A stretch of 64,000 nt of DNA, taken from the IMG/VR virus record IMGVR_UViG_3300045988_168437. One strand, written 5' to 3'. The translations under genes were made by a program, and so were the position numbers. Positions 22,768 to 32,764 of this stretch are shown piece by piece (the stretch's first letter is position 1; each line of letters opens with the position of its first letter). Origin of the DNA: a virus. The notes under the pieces were generated by a model. It saw only the letters and a program-made list of their open reading frames with translations, ran no database searches and was not told the origin of the DNA.

Positions 22768-23109
22768 ATGTTAAGAAATATTGAGGGAAATAATGTTTTA
22801 GATATGCTAAAAACATTAGAAAGAGTAGAAAAAAATAAAACAAATGAGGAATATTATATTCCTAAGTTTAAGCAACTAAAAGGGTTTTTATACAGAAAAG
22901 AAATACTTAAAGCAATAGAAGTATTCGAAGAACTTTTTAGTGAAAAAATCAATATCTGTTTTAGAGACATACTGACACAATATTTAAGAAACAAAACTAA
23001 GGCAGATATTGACAAAGACATTCAAAGATGGATGACAGAATATAAAAATAGAGCCGAATGGGGGTTCATAACTTGTATAGGAGCAGAAATGCATAAAAAC
23101 ATAGGCTAG
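22768..23109 (+). CDS. hypothetical protein
   Basis: ORF track. Confidence 0.6.
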   Translation: MLRNIEGNNVLDMLKTLERVEKNKTNEEYYIPKFKQLKGFLYRKEILKAIEVFEELFSEKINICFRDILTQYLRNKTKADIDKDIQRWMTEYKNRAEWGFITCIGAEMHKNIG

Positions 23110-23137
23110 GGTTCTCCCTAGTCTTTAGGAGGTAATT

Positions 23138-23665
23138 ATGGAGCAAAATAAATTACGTTGCAGTTGGTGTCAATATCATATTCATGAAGGCATAGGTTAT
23201 AAGCCTTGTCCTAATTTAGACCATGATAAAATACAGTTAAGACCACAAGTGTTTAATGGGTATTCTGGGGCATATGACAGTTGTGAAATATGTTCACATT
23301 ATAAGTCTGCGAAATGGATTAAAAATCCAACATTTACAAATATAGAAGATTATATAGAGTTCTTAGATAAAGAATGGTATGAACCTAGTAATTATCAAAA
23401 GGCAATCGGCATTAGTAATCTTAAACAATTCAGATATGTAAGCATAAGAATACCTTCTGAAGATTTAGAAATAGAAGTACCTTTGATACATTGGTTAAAG
23501 GGCACTTGGAGAAACGAAAATAAAATAAGATATAAAAAAATTAGCAGATTAATCAAAAATAAAAAAGGCGAATATTATAAAATGGAATTAATAGATACTG
23601 TCAACATAAAAACCGATGAAGTTTATCATGGCGAGTTTAAATGGCATGAATTAAAGGAGAAATAA
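23138..23665 (+). CDS. Cys-rich hypothetical protein
   Basis: ORF track with AGGAGGT SD. Confidence 0.65.
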   Translation: MEQNKLRCSWCQYHIHEGIGYKPCPNLDHDKIQLRPQVFNGYSGAYDSCEICSHYKSAKWIKNPTFTNIEDYIEFLDKEWYEPSNYQKAIGISNLKQFRYVSIRIPSEDLEIEVPLIHWLKGTWRNENKIRYKKISRLIKNKKGEYYKMELIDTVNIKTDEVYHGEFKWHELKEK

Positions 23666-23667
23666 TT

Positions 23668-23865
23668 ATGAGAACTTTTAAATTCACAAAGAAAGAACAA
23701 CAATTATTAAGAGATGTCTATGATATGGGGATGGGGCAGATGTGTCGTAGTGGTTGTTATATTGAGAAATATCAAAATAACCCAAGAATAAGTTGTTATA
23801 CCAACTGTAAGTTTTATAAAGAAATGTGGGACTTATGGGAAAGATTAGAAAATGAATGTGAGTAA
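23668..23865 (+). CDS. small Cys-rich hypothetical protein
   Basis: ORF track; tightly coupled to the upstream ORF. Confidence 0.55.
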   Translation: MRTFKFTKKEQQLLRDVYDMGMGQMCRSGCYIEKYQNNPRISCYTNCKFYKEMWDLWERLENECE

Positions 23866-23882
23866 GAAATGGAGATGATTAG

Positions 23883-24803
23883 ATGAATAATTACAGTACA
23901 GAAACTAAGAAAAGATTTTGTAAAGATTTTGATATTCCAATAAAAATTTTTAGCGAGCCTTACTGGAGTTACTTGACAAACTTATATGAAAACTATTTTG
24001 GATTGTCAGATAAGCTTGCTTTACTAGATGAAGAAATCAGTAAATGCAATTCAGAGCAAGAGTTTTTAGATAAAATGTTTCATCTTAGAGACGATATTAT
24101 AACAAAAACAAAAGAGACGGATGCTTATAAACATTTTTTAGAAATGGATATGAATAAATATGGAGTTAAAACAAAATATTCTAGTAAACATATTTACAAC
24201 AATCAGAATATTGGACAGGTGTTTATATCTATTGATTTAGTAAAGGCTAATTTCCAAGCATTAAAACATATAGACAAAGAACTTGTATTCGGCTCTAAAA
24301 CCTACGGAGAGTATCTTGGTAGATTTACCAATAGTAAGTATCTAAAAGAGAGTAAAAGACTAAGACAGGTCATTTTTGGGAATATGAATCCTAAGCGACA
24401 AGTTACAGTAGAAAAATTTCTAATGAAGCAAGTCCTAGACTTGTTAGAAAGAAAATATGAATTAGGGACAATAGTTTCTTTTTCTAATGATGAAATCATA
24501 TATCAAGCAGATGATTTTGTTGCAGAATATTTAACTAATTTTCTTCCTGAAAATATAAAAAACATAGTAAAGGCAAATTTAGGATTAGATGTTCGTGTTG
24601 AAATATTTAAACTTTGCAAAATAGAAAATTCAGACTTTTATGTAAAAGAAAATGTTAATACCAATGATTATAAATTGATGTGCGTACCATCTAATTATTT
24701 TGCTCAAGCATATAAAAAATATAATGGACTAAAAATTATTGATATGGATTTGGCTTTTTGGTATGAAAATCAATTATGTAAATTTATGAATCCATTGTTT
24801 TAA
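23883..24803 (+). CDS. hypothetical protein (306 aa)
   Basis: ORF track. Confidence 0.65.
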   Translation: MNNYSTETKKRFCKDFDIPIKIFSEPYWSYLTNLYENYFGLSDKLALLDEEISKCNSEQEFLDKMFHLRDDIITKTKETDAYKHFLEMDMNKYGVKTKYSSKHIYNNQNIGQVFISIDLVKANFQALKHIDKELVFGSKTYGEYLGRFTNSKYLKESKRLRQVIFGNMNPKRQVTVEKFLMKQVLDLLERKYELGTIVSFSNDEIIYQADDFVAEYLTNFLPENIKNIVKANLGLDVRVEIFKLCKIENSDFYVKENVNTNDYKLMCVPSNYFAQAYKKYNGLKIIDMDLAFWYENQLCKFMNPLF

Positions 24804-24822
24804 CATAAATAGGAGGGAACAT

Positions 24823-25077
24823 ATGAAGTTTTATAAGACAAAAAGAAATGAGTTAAATGACAAATTGAGGAATACAGAAACTATGGAGCAGCTACTCTCT
24901 TTAGAAGGTGAAGCTCTATGTTATGGATTCGGGTTTTATTCCAAACGTTGCCAAGATAGGCAAATAGGAAACTTTAGAGATGGAGTTAACGACAAAGTCC
25001 AATATCTTTATATAGAGGATAAAAAAATAGGACATTCTCAAATAAAGAATTTATATAAATATTTTGAAATCAGATAA
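24823..25077 (+). CDS. hypothetical protein
   Basis: ORF track with AGGAGGGA SD. Confidence 0.6.
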   Translation: MKFYKTKRNELNDKLRNTETMEQLLSLEGEALCYGFGFYSKRCQDRQIGNFRDGVNDKVQYLYIEDKKIGHSQIKNLYKYFEIR

Positions 25078-25088
25078 AGGAGGCTATC

Positions 25089-25787
25089 ATGAATTTTAAA
25101 ACAGATGAAGAAAGAAATAACTTTGTAATAGACAATATGAGCCTTGTACCATTTTTAGTAAATAGATATTTCATGAATTATGTTGGAATAGATTCTGCAT
25201 GGGGATATGAGGATATTTTACAGCTTGGATATATTTCATTAATAAAAGCTACAAATAAATTTGATGAAGATGTAAATATAAAATTTTCATATTGGCTAAG
25301 ACTTTTCATGAAAAGAGAATTTCAAAACACTTTTAGAGAAGTCAGATGTGGAATCAGATATAAGAGAGACATACCTAAGAAAAGAGATATGGTAATTAAA
25401 TTAGCAAATAATGGGTTTACAGATAAAGAAATATCTAAAAAGACAGGAATGTCTTTAAAAGATATAGATAGCATGAAACAAATCTCATATAATGGCATCA
25501 GTTTAGATGCATTAGACGATGACGGAGAAGAAACAGATTTTACATCTATTGACAGACTTATGTATAAATCTAAGAATTATTCTACTTTAGATATAGAAGA
25601 AGATATCTTAGAAGGCTTTTCAGAGCGAGATAAAGACATTTTTAAATTAGCTAAAATAGGTGGGTTTACACATAAAGAAATTGCTAAAAAATATAATATG
25701 TCTGCTAAGAATGTTGGAAGAATAATATGCGATATAAAAAAAGGAATGAAAGAAAAGATAAATCCAGATATGAAAAAAGTTAGCTAA
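25089..25787 (+). CDS. sigma-70-family RNA polymerase sigma factor
   Basis: Region-2-like YEDILQLGYISLIKATNKFDEDVNIKFSYWLRLFMKREF, and a region-4 HTH SERDKDIFKLAKIGGFTHKEIAKKYNMSAKNVGRI. Confidence 0.8.
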   Translation: MNFKTDEERNNFVIDNMSLVPFLVNRYFMNYVGIDSAWGYEDILQLGYISLIKATNKFDEDVNIKFSYWLRLFMKREFQNTFREVRCGIRYKRDIPKKRDMVIKLANNGFTDKEISKKTGMSLKDIDSMKQISYNGISLDALDDDGEETDFTSIDRLMYKSKNYSTLDIEEDILEGFSERDKDIFKLAKIGGFTHKEIAKKYNMSAKNVGRIICDIKKGMKEKINPDMKKVS

Positions 25788-25802
25788 ATTTAAAAAATAA
25801 AG

Positions 25803-25831
25803 TTGACAAACTAGTATAAAAAACATATAAT
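25803..25831 (+). promoter_or_regulatory. sigma-70-type promoter
   Basis: AGTTGACA, 17 nt spacer, TATAAT. Confidence 0.7.
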
Positions 25832-25899
25832 ATAATTAGTTAAATGCTTAATAGAATTTAACATAAATAACAAATTTCCTCATATATCTTATCTATCTC

Positions 25900-25934
25900 G
25901 GCTCAAGATTATCCCCCTTGAGCCTATTTTTTTT
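25900..25934 (+). terminator. intrinsic terminator inside the leader (attenuator or short RNA of about 97 nt)
   Basis: GGCTCAAG-loop-CTTGAGCC followed by TATTTTTTTT, located about 97 nt after the predicted TSS and 38 nt before the ATG. Confidence 0.7.
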
Positions 25935-25972
25935 AAGTATTTGACTGAACTATAAAGATTGGAGAATGTAAA

Positions 25973-26824
25973 ATGAATGAATTAATAAAAGTATTTAATT
26001 TTGAAGGAAAAGAATTAGAAGTATTAATGTATAACAATGAAGCTTTATTTAATCCAAGAGATGTTGGGAGATGTTTAGAAATCTCTGATGTAACAGTTAG
26101 AAGACATATGCAAAATATGAATCAAAAACAATTCATTAAGCTTACAAATTCAGATGTTCAAGATATGAACTTCCGAAAATTAAATAATGCAGGAGAAAAT
26201 TTCTTAACAGAATCTGGTGTTTATAAGCTTATTTTTAAGTCCCATAAAGAATCCGCAGAAAAATTTCAAGACTGGATAACAGATGAAGTTCTTCCAAGTA
26301 TAAGAAAACATGGAACATATATGACAGATAATGTATTAGAACAAGCAATATCAAACCCAGATTTTTTAATAGGATTACTACAAAATTTAAAAGAAGAACA
26401 ACAACAAAGAAAGATAGCAGAAGAAAAAGCTAAAGCATTAGAAATTGAAGTAGACCATAAAGAGGATGTTATTGTTGGTCTTTGTCAAGATATATCTTTA
26501 GCAGAAAAAAGACAAAGAATAAAACAAATTATAAATCATAATTCAAACGGCAGATATTCAGATAGATATAATCTTTTATATAAAGAATTCCAAGATAAAT
26601 ATCATATAGACTTAAAAAGACGTATGAATAATCTTGAAGTCAAATCAATTAGTGAGAATAGGCATCATGAAGACATTAAGATTACATCAAAAATTAAGAC
26701 TAACAAAATGGAGTACATAGATAAAATATTATGTATGATTCCTGAACTATACGAAATCAGCTGCAAGATATTTGAAAACGATGTCGCAGAACTAATGAAA
26801 GAATGGGAAACAACAATAGTATAA
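25973..26824 (+). CDS. Bro-N domain phage antirepressor-like protein
   Basis: FNFEGKELEVLMYNNEALFNPRDVGRCLE...ESGVYKLIFKSHKESAEKFQDWITDEVLPSIRKHG, which fits the Bro-N family. Confidence 0.75.
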   Translation: MNELIKVFNFEGKELEVLMYNNEALFNPRDVGRCLEISDVTVRRHMQNMNQKQFIKLTNSDVQDMNFRKLNNAGENFLTESGVYKLIFKSHKESAEKFQDWITDEVLPSIRKHGTYMTDNVLEQAISNPDFLIGLLQNLKEEQQQRKIAEEKAKALEIEVDHKEDVIVGLCQDISLAEKRQRIKQIINHNSNGRYSDRYNLLYKEFQDKYHIDLKRRMNNLEVKSISENRHHEDIKITSKIKTNKMEYIDKILCMIPELYEISCKIFENDVAELMKEWETTIV

Positions 26825-26837
26825 ATTGGAGGCAAAA

Positions 26838-27164
26838 ATGGGAAAAGAAATAACTAAAAAAGAATGGTTTCAATATGAATTAAAAGTACATTTTTCAGAT
26901 GGAGCATATAGAAAAAGAACTTTAGAAGAATATAGTTTCTTAGATGAAGAGACCTTCTTATATTATCAAATGAAATTACCAATTTGGAAAATGGACACAG
27001 GCGAATATTATAATACAAATTTTATTACATCTATAGAAATAGGAATTAAAGATATTCAATATGTAATTGGAGATTCAGAATTGGACCTTGGATTATATGC
27101 AACTCGTGAAGAAATAAAGAAATATAACGAGGAGGTTTTGAAAAAGAAAAAATGGCAATTTTAA
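26838..27164 (+). CDS. hypothetical protein
   Basis: Start set at the ATG after TTGGAGGC. Confidence 0.6.
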   Translation: MGKEITKKEWFQYELKVHFSDGAYRKRTLEEYSFLDEETFLYYQMKLPIWKMDTGEYYNTNFITSIEIGIKDIQYVIGDSELDLGLYATREEIKKYNEEVLKKKKWQF

Positions 27165-28090
27165 CGATAACTCAAAAAGATTACGATTTAATTAAGATTA
27201 AAAAGGGGGAAATAGGTTATACAACACTTGAAGATTTTTTAGATTATGGAAAAGAAAAATTTAATTTAGAAGAAGAAAGAATTAAAGAAATATTTTTTGA
27301 AAACATTCAAGCAAAAATTTCAGATTTAATTTATTTAGATAATGAGAATAAATCAATTTGTGGAATTCATATAACTCATTGTGAAATAGAGAATATAAAA
27401 TTAGAAGGAATCAAACATTTAAGAATAAAAAAATCTAAAATAGGAACAGTTTGTGCAGAAGAAATAAAAACAATAGGTCTTCTTAATTCAACAATTTTCT
27501 TTTTACAATTGTCTGAAAGTATTGTGAACATAACTCTTTCAGATACTACAAATATAGGAACATTACATTTATTTTGTTGTATTTATAAAATTTTTACTGA
27601 TTCTCCCTTCTGTACGCTAGAAAAGATTCATGTAGAAAATAGTTATGTTACAAATATATGTAGGAACACTTCTTTATTAATGAAGGAAAGTAAGAAAATA
27701 ACTAATTGTGGAAACAATCTATATCCTATAGTTCCAGAAACGGGTTCTTTTATTGGATACAAAAAAGCACTTAGTTGTATTACTCCAGGAAGACATTTTC
27801 CTGTAATTATAAAGCTGGAAATACAAGAAGATAGTTTAAGAAATTCTGCTTGTGGGAGAAAATGCAGAGCAAGTAAGGTAAAAGTTTTAGATATTTATAG
27901 TATTAAAGATAAAAATATAAAATACGAAATTGCTTATAGTAAATTTGGTTTATGTTACGAAAATTCATTAAAATATGAAATTGGGAAAATAGTTGAGCCA
28001 AATTCTTTTGAAGAAGATAGATGGATTGAGTGCGCTCCAGGTATTCATTTCTTTATAACAGAAGAAGAAGCAATAAATTATGATTTTTAG
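27152..28090 (+). CDS. hypothetical protein (312 aa)
   Basis: ORF track. Confidence 0.6.
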   Translation: MAILTITQKDYDLIKIKKGEIGYTTLEDFLDYGKEKFNLEEERIKEIFFENIQAKISDLIYLDNENKSICGIHITHCEIENIKLEGIKHLRIKKSKIGTVCAEEIKTIGLLNSTIFFLQLSESIVNITLSDTTNIGTLHLFCCIYKIFTDSPFCTLEKIHVENSYVTNICRNTSLLMKESKKITNCGNNLYPIVPETGSFIGYKKALSCITPGRHFPVIIKLEIQEDSLRNSACGRKCRASKVKVLDIYSIKDKNIKYEIAYSKFGLCYENSLKYEIGKIVEPNSFEEDRWIECAPGIHFFITEEEAINYDF

Positions 28091-28119
28091 TTGACAAACT
28101 TAAATAAAAAATATATAAT
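28091..28119 (+). promoter_or_regulatory. sigma-70-type promoter
   Basis: TAGTTGACA, 17 nt spacer, TATAAT. Confidence 0.7.
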
Positions 28120-28191
28120 GTATATATACTCAATTAAATACTCTCCCCAGTATTTAGTTATCAATAATATATATCATTAATATATTCCTCA

Positions 28192-28222
28192 GACCCAAGA
28201 ATTCCCCTTGGGTCCATTTTTT
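28192..28222 (+). terminator. intrinsic terminator inside the leader (attenuator), homologous to 25900-25934
   Basis: GACCCAAG-loop-CTTGGGTC followed by CATTTTTT. The SD AAGGAG follows immediately. Confidence 0.7.
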
Positions 28223-28236
28223 AAGGAGATGAACAG

Positions 28237-29172
28237 ATGCCAAACTACAAAAGAATTTACAAAGAAAATGAAACAGAAGGGCAAGATGTTATTGGTTATA
28301 TAAAACCCAATGAAACAGTAAGAGTTGTAAAGAATCTAACTCCTCAACAAATAGCTATTATAAATCAAAAAGACGAACTTAAAGAGCATTGTAGAGAATT
28401 AGGTGGATTTATTCATGTTTGTTATGTAAAAAACGAATTGCTATTTAATAATTTAAATTTAACAAGACCCACAATCACGAGACTAATTTACTTAGCTACA
28501 TATATTGATTATAATAACAGGGATTCAAATTTATTAGTAAAATACGGAAAGAATCACAAATTAGAACCATTGAAGAAAAAAGATATAGAAAATCTAATGA
28601 AACTTTCAAACCCATCTTTTCTTAAATTTTTTAATGAAATAAAAGAAAAGGGAATATTATTTGAAGACAATAAGAAATATTATTTATCAAATAAATATTT
28701 TTCTAAAGGGCAAAGTATTTATAAAAAGAAAGAATATACTAGAATTTTTATTGACTCTACTAGATTTTTCTATCAAAATTCAACTAGTAGGCAACACACA
28801 CAATTGTCATATGTTTTTCAATTAATTCCATTTTTGCATTACGAAACAAATATTTTATGTAGAAATCCAGATGAACTAGATATAGATAATTTAGATATAT
28901 TATCTTTGAGAGATATATGTGAATTACTTAAAATTAAAACAAGCTACGAACAAATGAGTAGAGTTGAAAATTCTTTATTAAAATTCAAGTTAATATTTAA
29001 CAATAAAAAATACCATTTATTTAAAAGAATAATAGTCAAAGGAGAAGATGAAAAAGTAGATTATTTTATAACTAATCCGCTATTGATTTGGAAAGGAAAT
29101 GATGTGGATAAAAACAAAGAAACTATTGAAAAATTGTATTTTTCTAACAAAAATAACAAGGTCTCACACTAA
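28237..29172 (+). CDS. putative replication-initiator / DNA-binding protein, paralogue of 19796-20752
   Basis: See the 19796 entry. Confidence 0.35.
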   Translation: MPNYKRIYKENETEGQDVIGYIKPNETVRVVKNLTPQQIAIINQKDELKEHCRELGGFIHVCYVKNELLFNNLNLTRPTITRLIYLATYIDYNNRDSNLLVKYGKNHKLEPLKKKDIENLMKLSNPSFLKFFNEIKEKGILFEDNKKYYLSNKYFSKGQSIYKKKEYTRIFIDSTRFFYQNSTSRQHTQLSYVFQLIPFLHYETNILCRNPDELDIDNLDILSLRDICELLKIKTSYEQMSRVENSLLKFKLIFNNKKYHLFKRIIVKGEDEKVDYFITNPLLIWKGNDVDKNKETIEKLYFSNKNNKVSH

Positions 29173-29340
29173 GTTTTAAAAAATAGCCTAAAACCTCACA
29201 CTAAGTTTTATGTTAAAAACACTTAATTAGATAGAAAAATATAACCAGATAGTATATTTTTTATTGCTCGACTGTTATTATTATTAGACTACACACTACT
29301 AAACCATTCATACAGTATAATATTTTTAAGGAGTAAAATT

Positions 29341-30306
29341 ATGAATAAATTTATAAAAGAAATTGAGAAAACAAATAAAATAGCCTTATTAACTTACGGA
29401 GGCAGCTATGCATATGGAACAAATGTAGAAGGCTCTGATATTGATTTAAGGGGTATATTTCTACCTTCTAAATTAGAAATATTATCTATGACATCAGGAG
29501 ACAAAGCATTGACTGACAATGAAACAGATACAGTTATGTACCCTTTAAAACAAATGATTCAACTGTTATGTAATGCAAATCCAAATACAATTGAAGTTTT
29601 AGGCACGAGAGAGCAAGATATATTCATAATATCAGAGGAAGGGCAAATGCTTAGGAAAAATGTAAATTTATTTTTAACTAAGAGTAAAGTTCATTCTGCC
29701 TTTTTAGGATATGCACAAAATCAATTAAGAAGACTTAAAAATGCAATAGCTCGAGATGATTTAGAACAGGCAGAAAAAGAGAAACATATTTTAAAATCAG
29801 TTGAAAAGAGAATGTCTGCTTTCGAACAGTCATATGCTCCAATAACAAATGGAAAATTAAAGCTGCACATAGAAAAATCAAATAAAGAAGATTTAGAAGA
29901 GGAAATTATGATAGACATGTGCTTAGAAAATTATCCATTACGAGACTGTAAAAAAATGTTAGATGAAATGGCAATAACCTTAAAACAATATGGAAAATTA
30001 AATCACAGAAATAAAAAGAAAGACGAACAACATCTTCTGAAACATTCTATGCACCTTGTGAGACTTTATTTAATGGGAATTGATATATTACAAGGAAATG
30101 GAATTAAAACTTACAGAGAGGACGACAGAGAGTTATTATTAGATATTAGAAATGGCAAATATTCTTATGAACAAATTTATAATATGGCAGAAAAATTAGA
30201 AGAAGAATTTAAAGATGTACTGCAAACAAGTAAATTGCCTGAAAAATTAGATTATAACAAAATAAATAACCTTGTTGCAGAAATAAATAAACAAATGTTA
30301 AAATAA
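29341..30306 (+). CDS. Pol-beta-superfamily nucleotidyltransferase (predicted-nucleotidyltransferase / RlaP-like, from memory)
   Basis: N-terminus LLTYGGSYAYGTNVEGSDIDLRGIF (GS...SD.D NTase motif). Confidence 0.6.
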   Translation: MNKFIKEIEKTNKIALLTYGGSYAYGTNVEGSDIDLRGIFLPSKLEILSMTSGDKALTDNETDTVMYPLKQMIQLLCNANPNTIEVLGTREQDIFIISEEGQMLRKNVNLFLTKSKVHSAFLGYAQNQLRRLKNAIARDDLEQAEKEKHILKSVEKRMSAFEQSYAPITNGKLKLHIEKSNKEDLEEEIMIDMCLENYPLRDCKKMLDEMAITLKQYGKLNHRNKKKDEQHLLKHSMHLVRLYLMGIDILQGNGIKTYREDDRELLLDIRNGKYSYEQIYNMAEKLEEEFKDVLQTSKLPEKLDYNKINNLVAEINKQMLK

Positions 30307-30328
30307 TTATTTTTTTTAGAAATTCACT

Positions 30329-30357
30329 TGACAGTTTAATACAAAAATGCTATTATT
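30329..30357 (+). promoter_or_regulatory. sigma-70-type promoter upstream of tnpB
   Basis: TTGACA, 17 nt spacer, (TGc)TATTAT. Near-duplicate of the promoter at 14848. Confidence 0.65.
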
Positions 30358-30445
30358 TATATATGTAAAGGGGGTTATAAAATGAGAATGACAAGTAGAA
30401 GATTCAATAATATAGTTAAGAAAATGATTAAGGAGTTGATAGAAG

Positions 30446-31561
30446 ATGATACTTGCAAAGAAAGTTAGATTGCGCCCAAGTGAACTACAAGAAGAAAAAT
30501 TATGGAAATCAGTAGGGACTGCAAGATTTATTTATAATTGGACTTTAAATAGGCAAGAAGAAAATTATAAAGGTGGTGGTAAATTCATACCTGATAGTGT
30601 TCTTAGAAAAGAAATAACTCAATTAAAGAAAACTGACTTAAGTTGGTTAAATGAAGTATCTAATAATGTTGCAAAACAAGCTGTAAAAGATGCCTGTGAT
30701 TCATATAAAAGATTCTTTAAAGGATTGTCAGGTAAACCTAGATTTAAAAGTAGGAAAAGAAGTAAGAAGTCTTTTTATCATGACAATGTTAAACTTAAAG
30801 TTAAAGATAATAAATTAGTTAAGATTGAAAAAGTTGGGTGGATAAAAACCAATGAACAATTACCTATTGGAGTTAAATATACCAATCCGAGAATTAGTTA
30901 TGATAATAAGTATTGGTATTTATCTGTAGGAATTGAACAGGAAGGAATCCAAGAAGAATTAACAGAAATATCATTAGGAATAGATTTAGGGTTGAAAAAC
31001 TTAGCAATTTGTTCCGATGGTGCAATATATAAAAATATAAATAAAACTTGTACAGTCAAAAAAATCGAAAAGAAACTAAAAAGATTACAAAGACAAATAA
31101 GTAGAAAGTATGAAAAAAATAAAAAAGGAAAGGAGTATGTCAAAACTAAAAATATTATAAAACTTGAAAAGCAGATACAACAAGTACATAGAAGGTTGAC
31201 TAACATTAGAAATAACTATCTTCATCAAACTACGACAAGTATAGTGAAAACCAAACCATACAGAGTTGTAATAGAAGATTTAAGTGTTTCTAATATGATG
31301 AAAAATAAACATTTATCTGATGCTATAAGGAAACAAGGATTCTATGAATTCAGAAGACAACTTGAATACAAGTGTAAATTTAGAGGAATTAAGTTAGTCG
31401 TAGCAGATAGATTTTATCCATCGTCAAAAATTTGTAGCCAATGTGGAGAGATTAAGAAGGATTTAAAGCTATCCGATAGAGTATACAAGTGTGATTGTGG
31501 GCTTGTGATTGATAGAGATTTAAATGCAAGTATTAATCTTTCTAAATATAAATTAGCATAA
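30446..31561 (+). CDS. tnpB: IS200/IS605-family TnpB (OrfB) RNA-guided nuclease, with no adjacent tnpA
   Basis: N-terminus KVRLRPSELQEEKLWKSVGTARFIYNW. RuvC D (GIDLGLKN), E (VVIEDLS) and D (DRDLNASINL). Zinc ribbon CSQCG...CDCG. Confidence 0.9.
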   Translation: MILAKKVRLRPSELQEEKLWKSVGTARFIYNWTLNRQEENYKGGGKFIPDSVLRKEITQLKKTDLSWLNEVSNNVAKQAVKDACDSYKRFFKGLSGKPRFKSRKRSKKSFYHDNVKLKVKDNKLVKIEKVGWIKTNEQLPIGVKYTNPRISYDNKYWYLSVGIEQEGIQEELTEISLGIDLGLKNLAICSDGAIYKNINKTCTVKKIEKKLKRLQRQISRKYEKNKKGKEYVKTKNIIKLEKQIQQVHRRLTNIRNNYLHQTTTSIVKTKPYRVVIEDLSVSNMMKNKHLSDAIRKQGFYEFRRQLEYKCKFRGIKLVVADRFYPSSKICSQCGEIKKDLKLSDRVYKCDCGLVIDRDLNASINLSKYKLA

Positions 31562-31745
31562 TATCATTAATAAGATAATGCTAATATGTAGGATGTGTTG
31601 TATCCGAATTTACGCCCTTGGAGAGTTATATCAAACGAAAGTAGGTTGTTATTTATAATTTCCAAAATCGAATTCGTAGAACAGGGAATTAAACAAGATT
31701 TATAGATATTTATAGATTTTTGGCAACAGAGATTTTCTCCTCTTT
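31500..31745 (+). ncRNA. probable omega-RNA / right-end region of the TnpB element (boundaries not resolved)
   Basis: Positional inference: omega-RNAs overlap the tnpB 3' end and the RE. The 31562-31745 segment is noncoding and noticeably less AT-rich. Confidence 0.35.
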
Positions 31746-31759
31746 ATTTAAAAAATAAG

Positions 31760-31788
31760 TTGACATATTATTATAAAAATGCTAATAT
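31760..31788 (+). promoter_or_regulatory. sigma-70-type promoter
   Basis: AAGTTGACA, 17 nt spacer, (TGc)TAATAT. Confidence 0.65.
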
Positions 31789-31813
31789 ATAAATATGCAA
31801 GGGAGGTTGAAAA

Positions 31814-32764
31814 ATGCTAAAACTTATAACTCATAATGATTTAGACGGAGTTGGGTGTGGGATTATTGCAAGTTATATACTGGGAAATGGAATAGACATA
31901 AGTTATTGTAGTAATCATCAAGTCGATAAAGTTTTTTCAGATGCTTTATCTAGTGGAGAATACGAAATGATAATTCTAACAGATGTAAGCATTAATAAAG
32001 AAAATGCAGAAAAGGTTAAAGAATCAGATATGAACGTTCTTTTATTAGACCATCATCCAACTGCACTTTGGTTAAATGAATATCCGTTTGCTAAAGTTTT
32101 TATAGAAGATGCAGATGGAACAAAGACTTGTGGAACTCAACTATTTGCAAGTTTCCTTTATCAATCAATAGAGGAAGACAAAGATTTCCACAAAGGCAGA
32201 AAAATGTTTGAAATGGTTACAAATAAAGTTCTTTGGAAATTTGTAAAACTAGTAACTTATTGGGACACATGGCAATGGAAAGAAGAAAATATATTAGAAG
32301 CAAAAGAGCTTAATATGTTATTTGACATTTATGGACTTGAAGAATTTTCAAAGCTAATTAAAAAGAAATTTGAAAACTATGAGCTATATGGAGACGATTC
32401 TAGTTTCTTTGGAATGGCAGAAAGACATGTATTAAAATTAAGACAAAGAGAAATAGATGATTTGTTCAAAAAGAAAAATAAATCATTAAAGAAAACTAAA
32501 TTCGAAGGTCATGATGTTGGAGTTATATTCTGTGATAGATTTTATTCAGAAATAGGAAATAGAATTTGTGAAGAGAATTCTGACATAGATTTTGTGGTTA
32601 TGTTACAAGACTATACTACAAGCCTTAGAGGTATAGATAAAGTTAATTTAGGAGATATCGCCAAAAAATACGGTGGTGGAGGACATAATAATGCTGCAGG
32701 ATTCCCAATTGGTGCAGTAAATTTTATAGATGAAATATTGGGTGATATGAATGATTTCTTATAA
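31814..32764 (+). CDS. DHH/DHHA1-family phosphoesterase (NrnA-like)
   Basis: HNDLDGVGCG, LLLDHHPT and GGGGHNNAAGF. Confidence 0.8.
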   Translation: MLKLITHNDLDGVGCGIIASYILGNGIDISYCSNHQVDKVFSDALSSGEYEMIILTDVSINKENAEKVKESDMNVLLLDHHPTALWLNEYPFAKVFIEDADGTKTCGTQLFASFLYQSIEEDKDFHKGRKMFEMVTNKVLWKFVKLVTYWDTWQWKEENILEAKELNMLFDIYGLEEFSKLIKKKFENYELYGDDSSFFGMAERHVLKLRQREIDDLFKKKNKSLKKTKFEGHDVGVIFCDRFYSEIGNRICEENSDIDFVVMLQDYTTSLRGIDKVNLGDIAKKYGGGGHNNAAGFPIGAVNFIDEILGDMNDFL

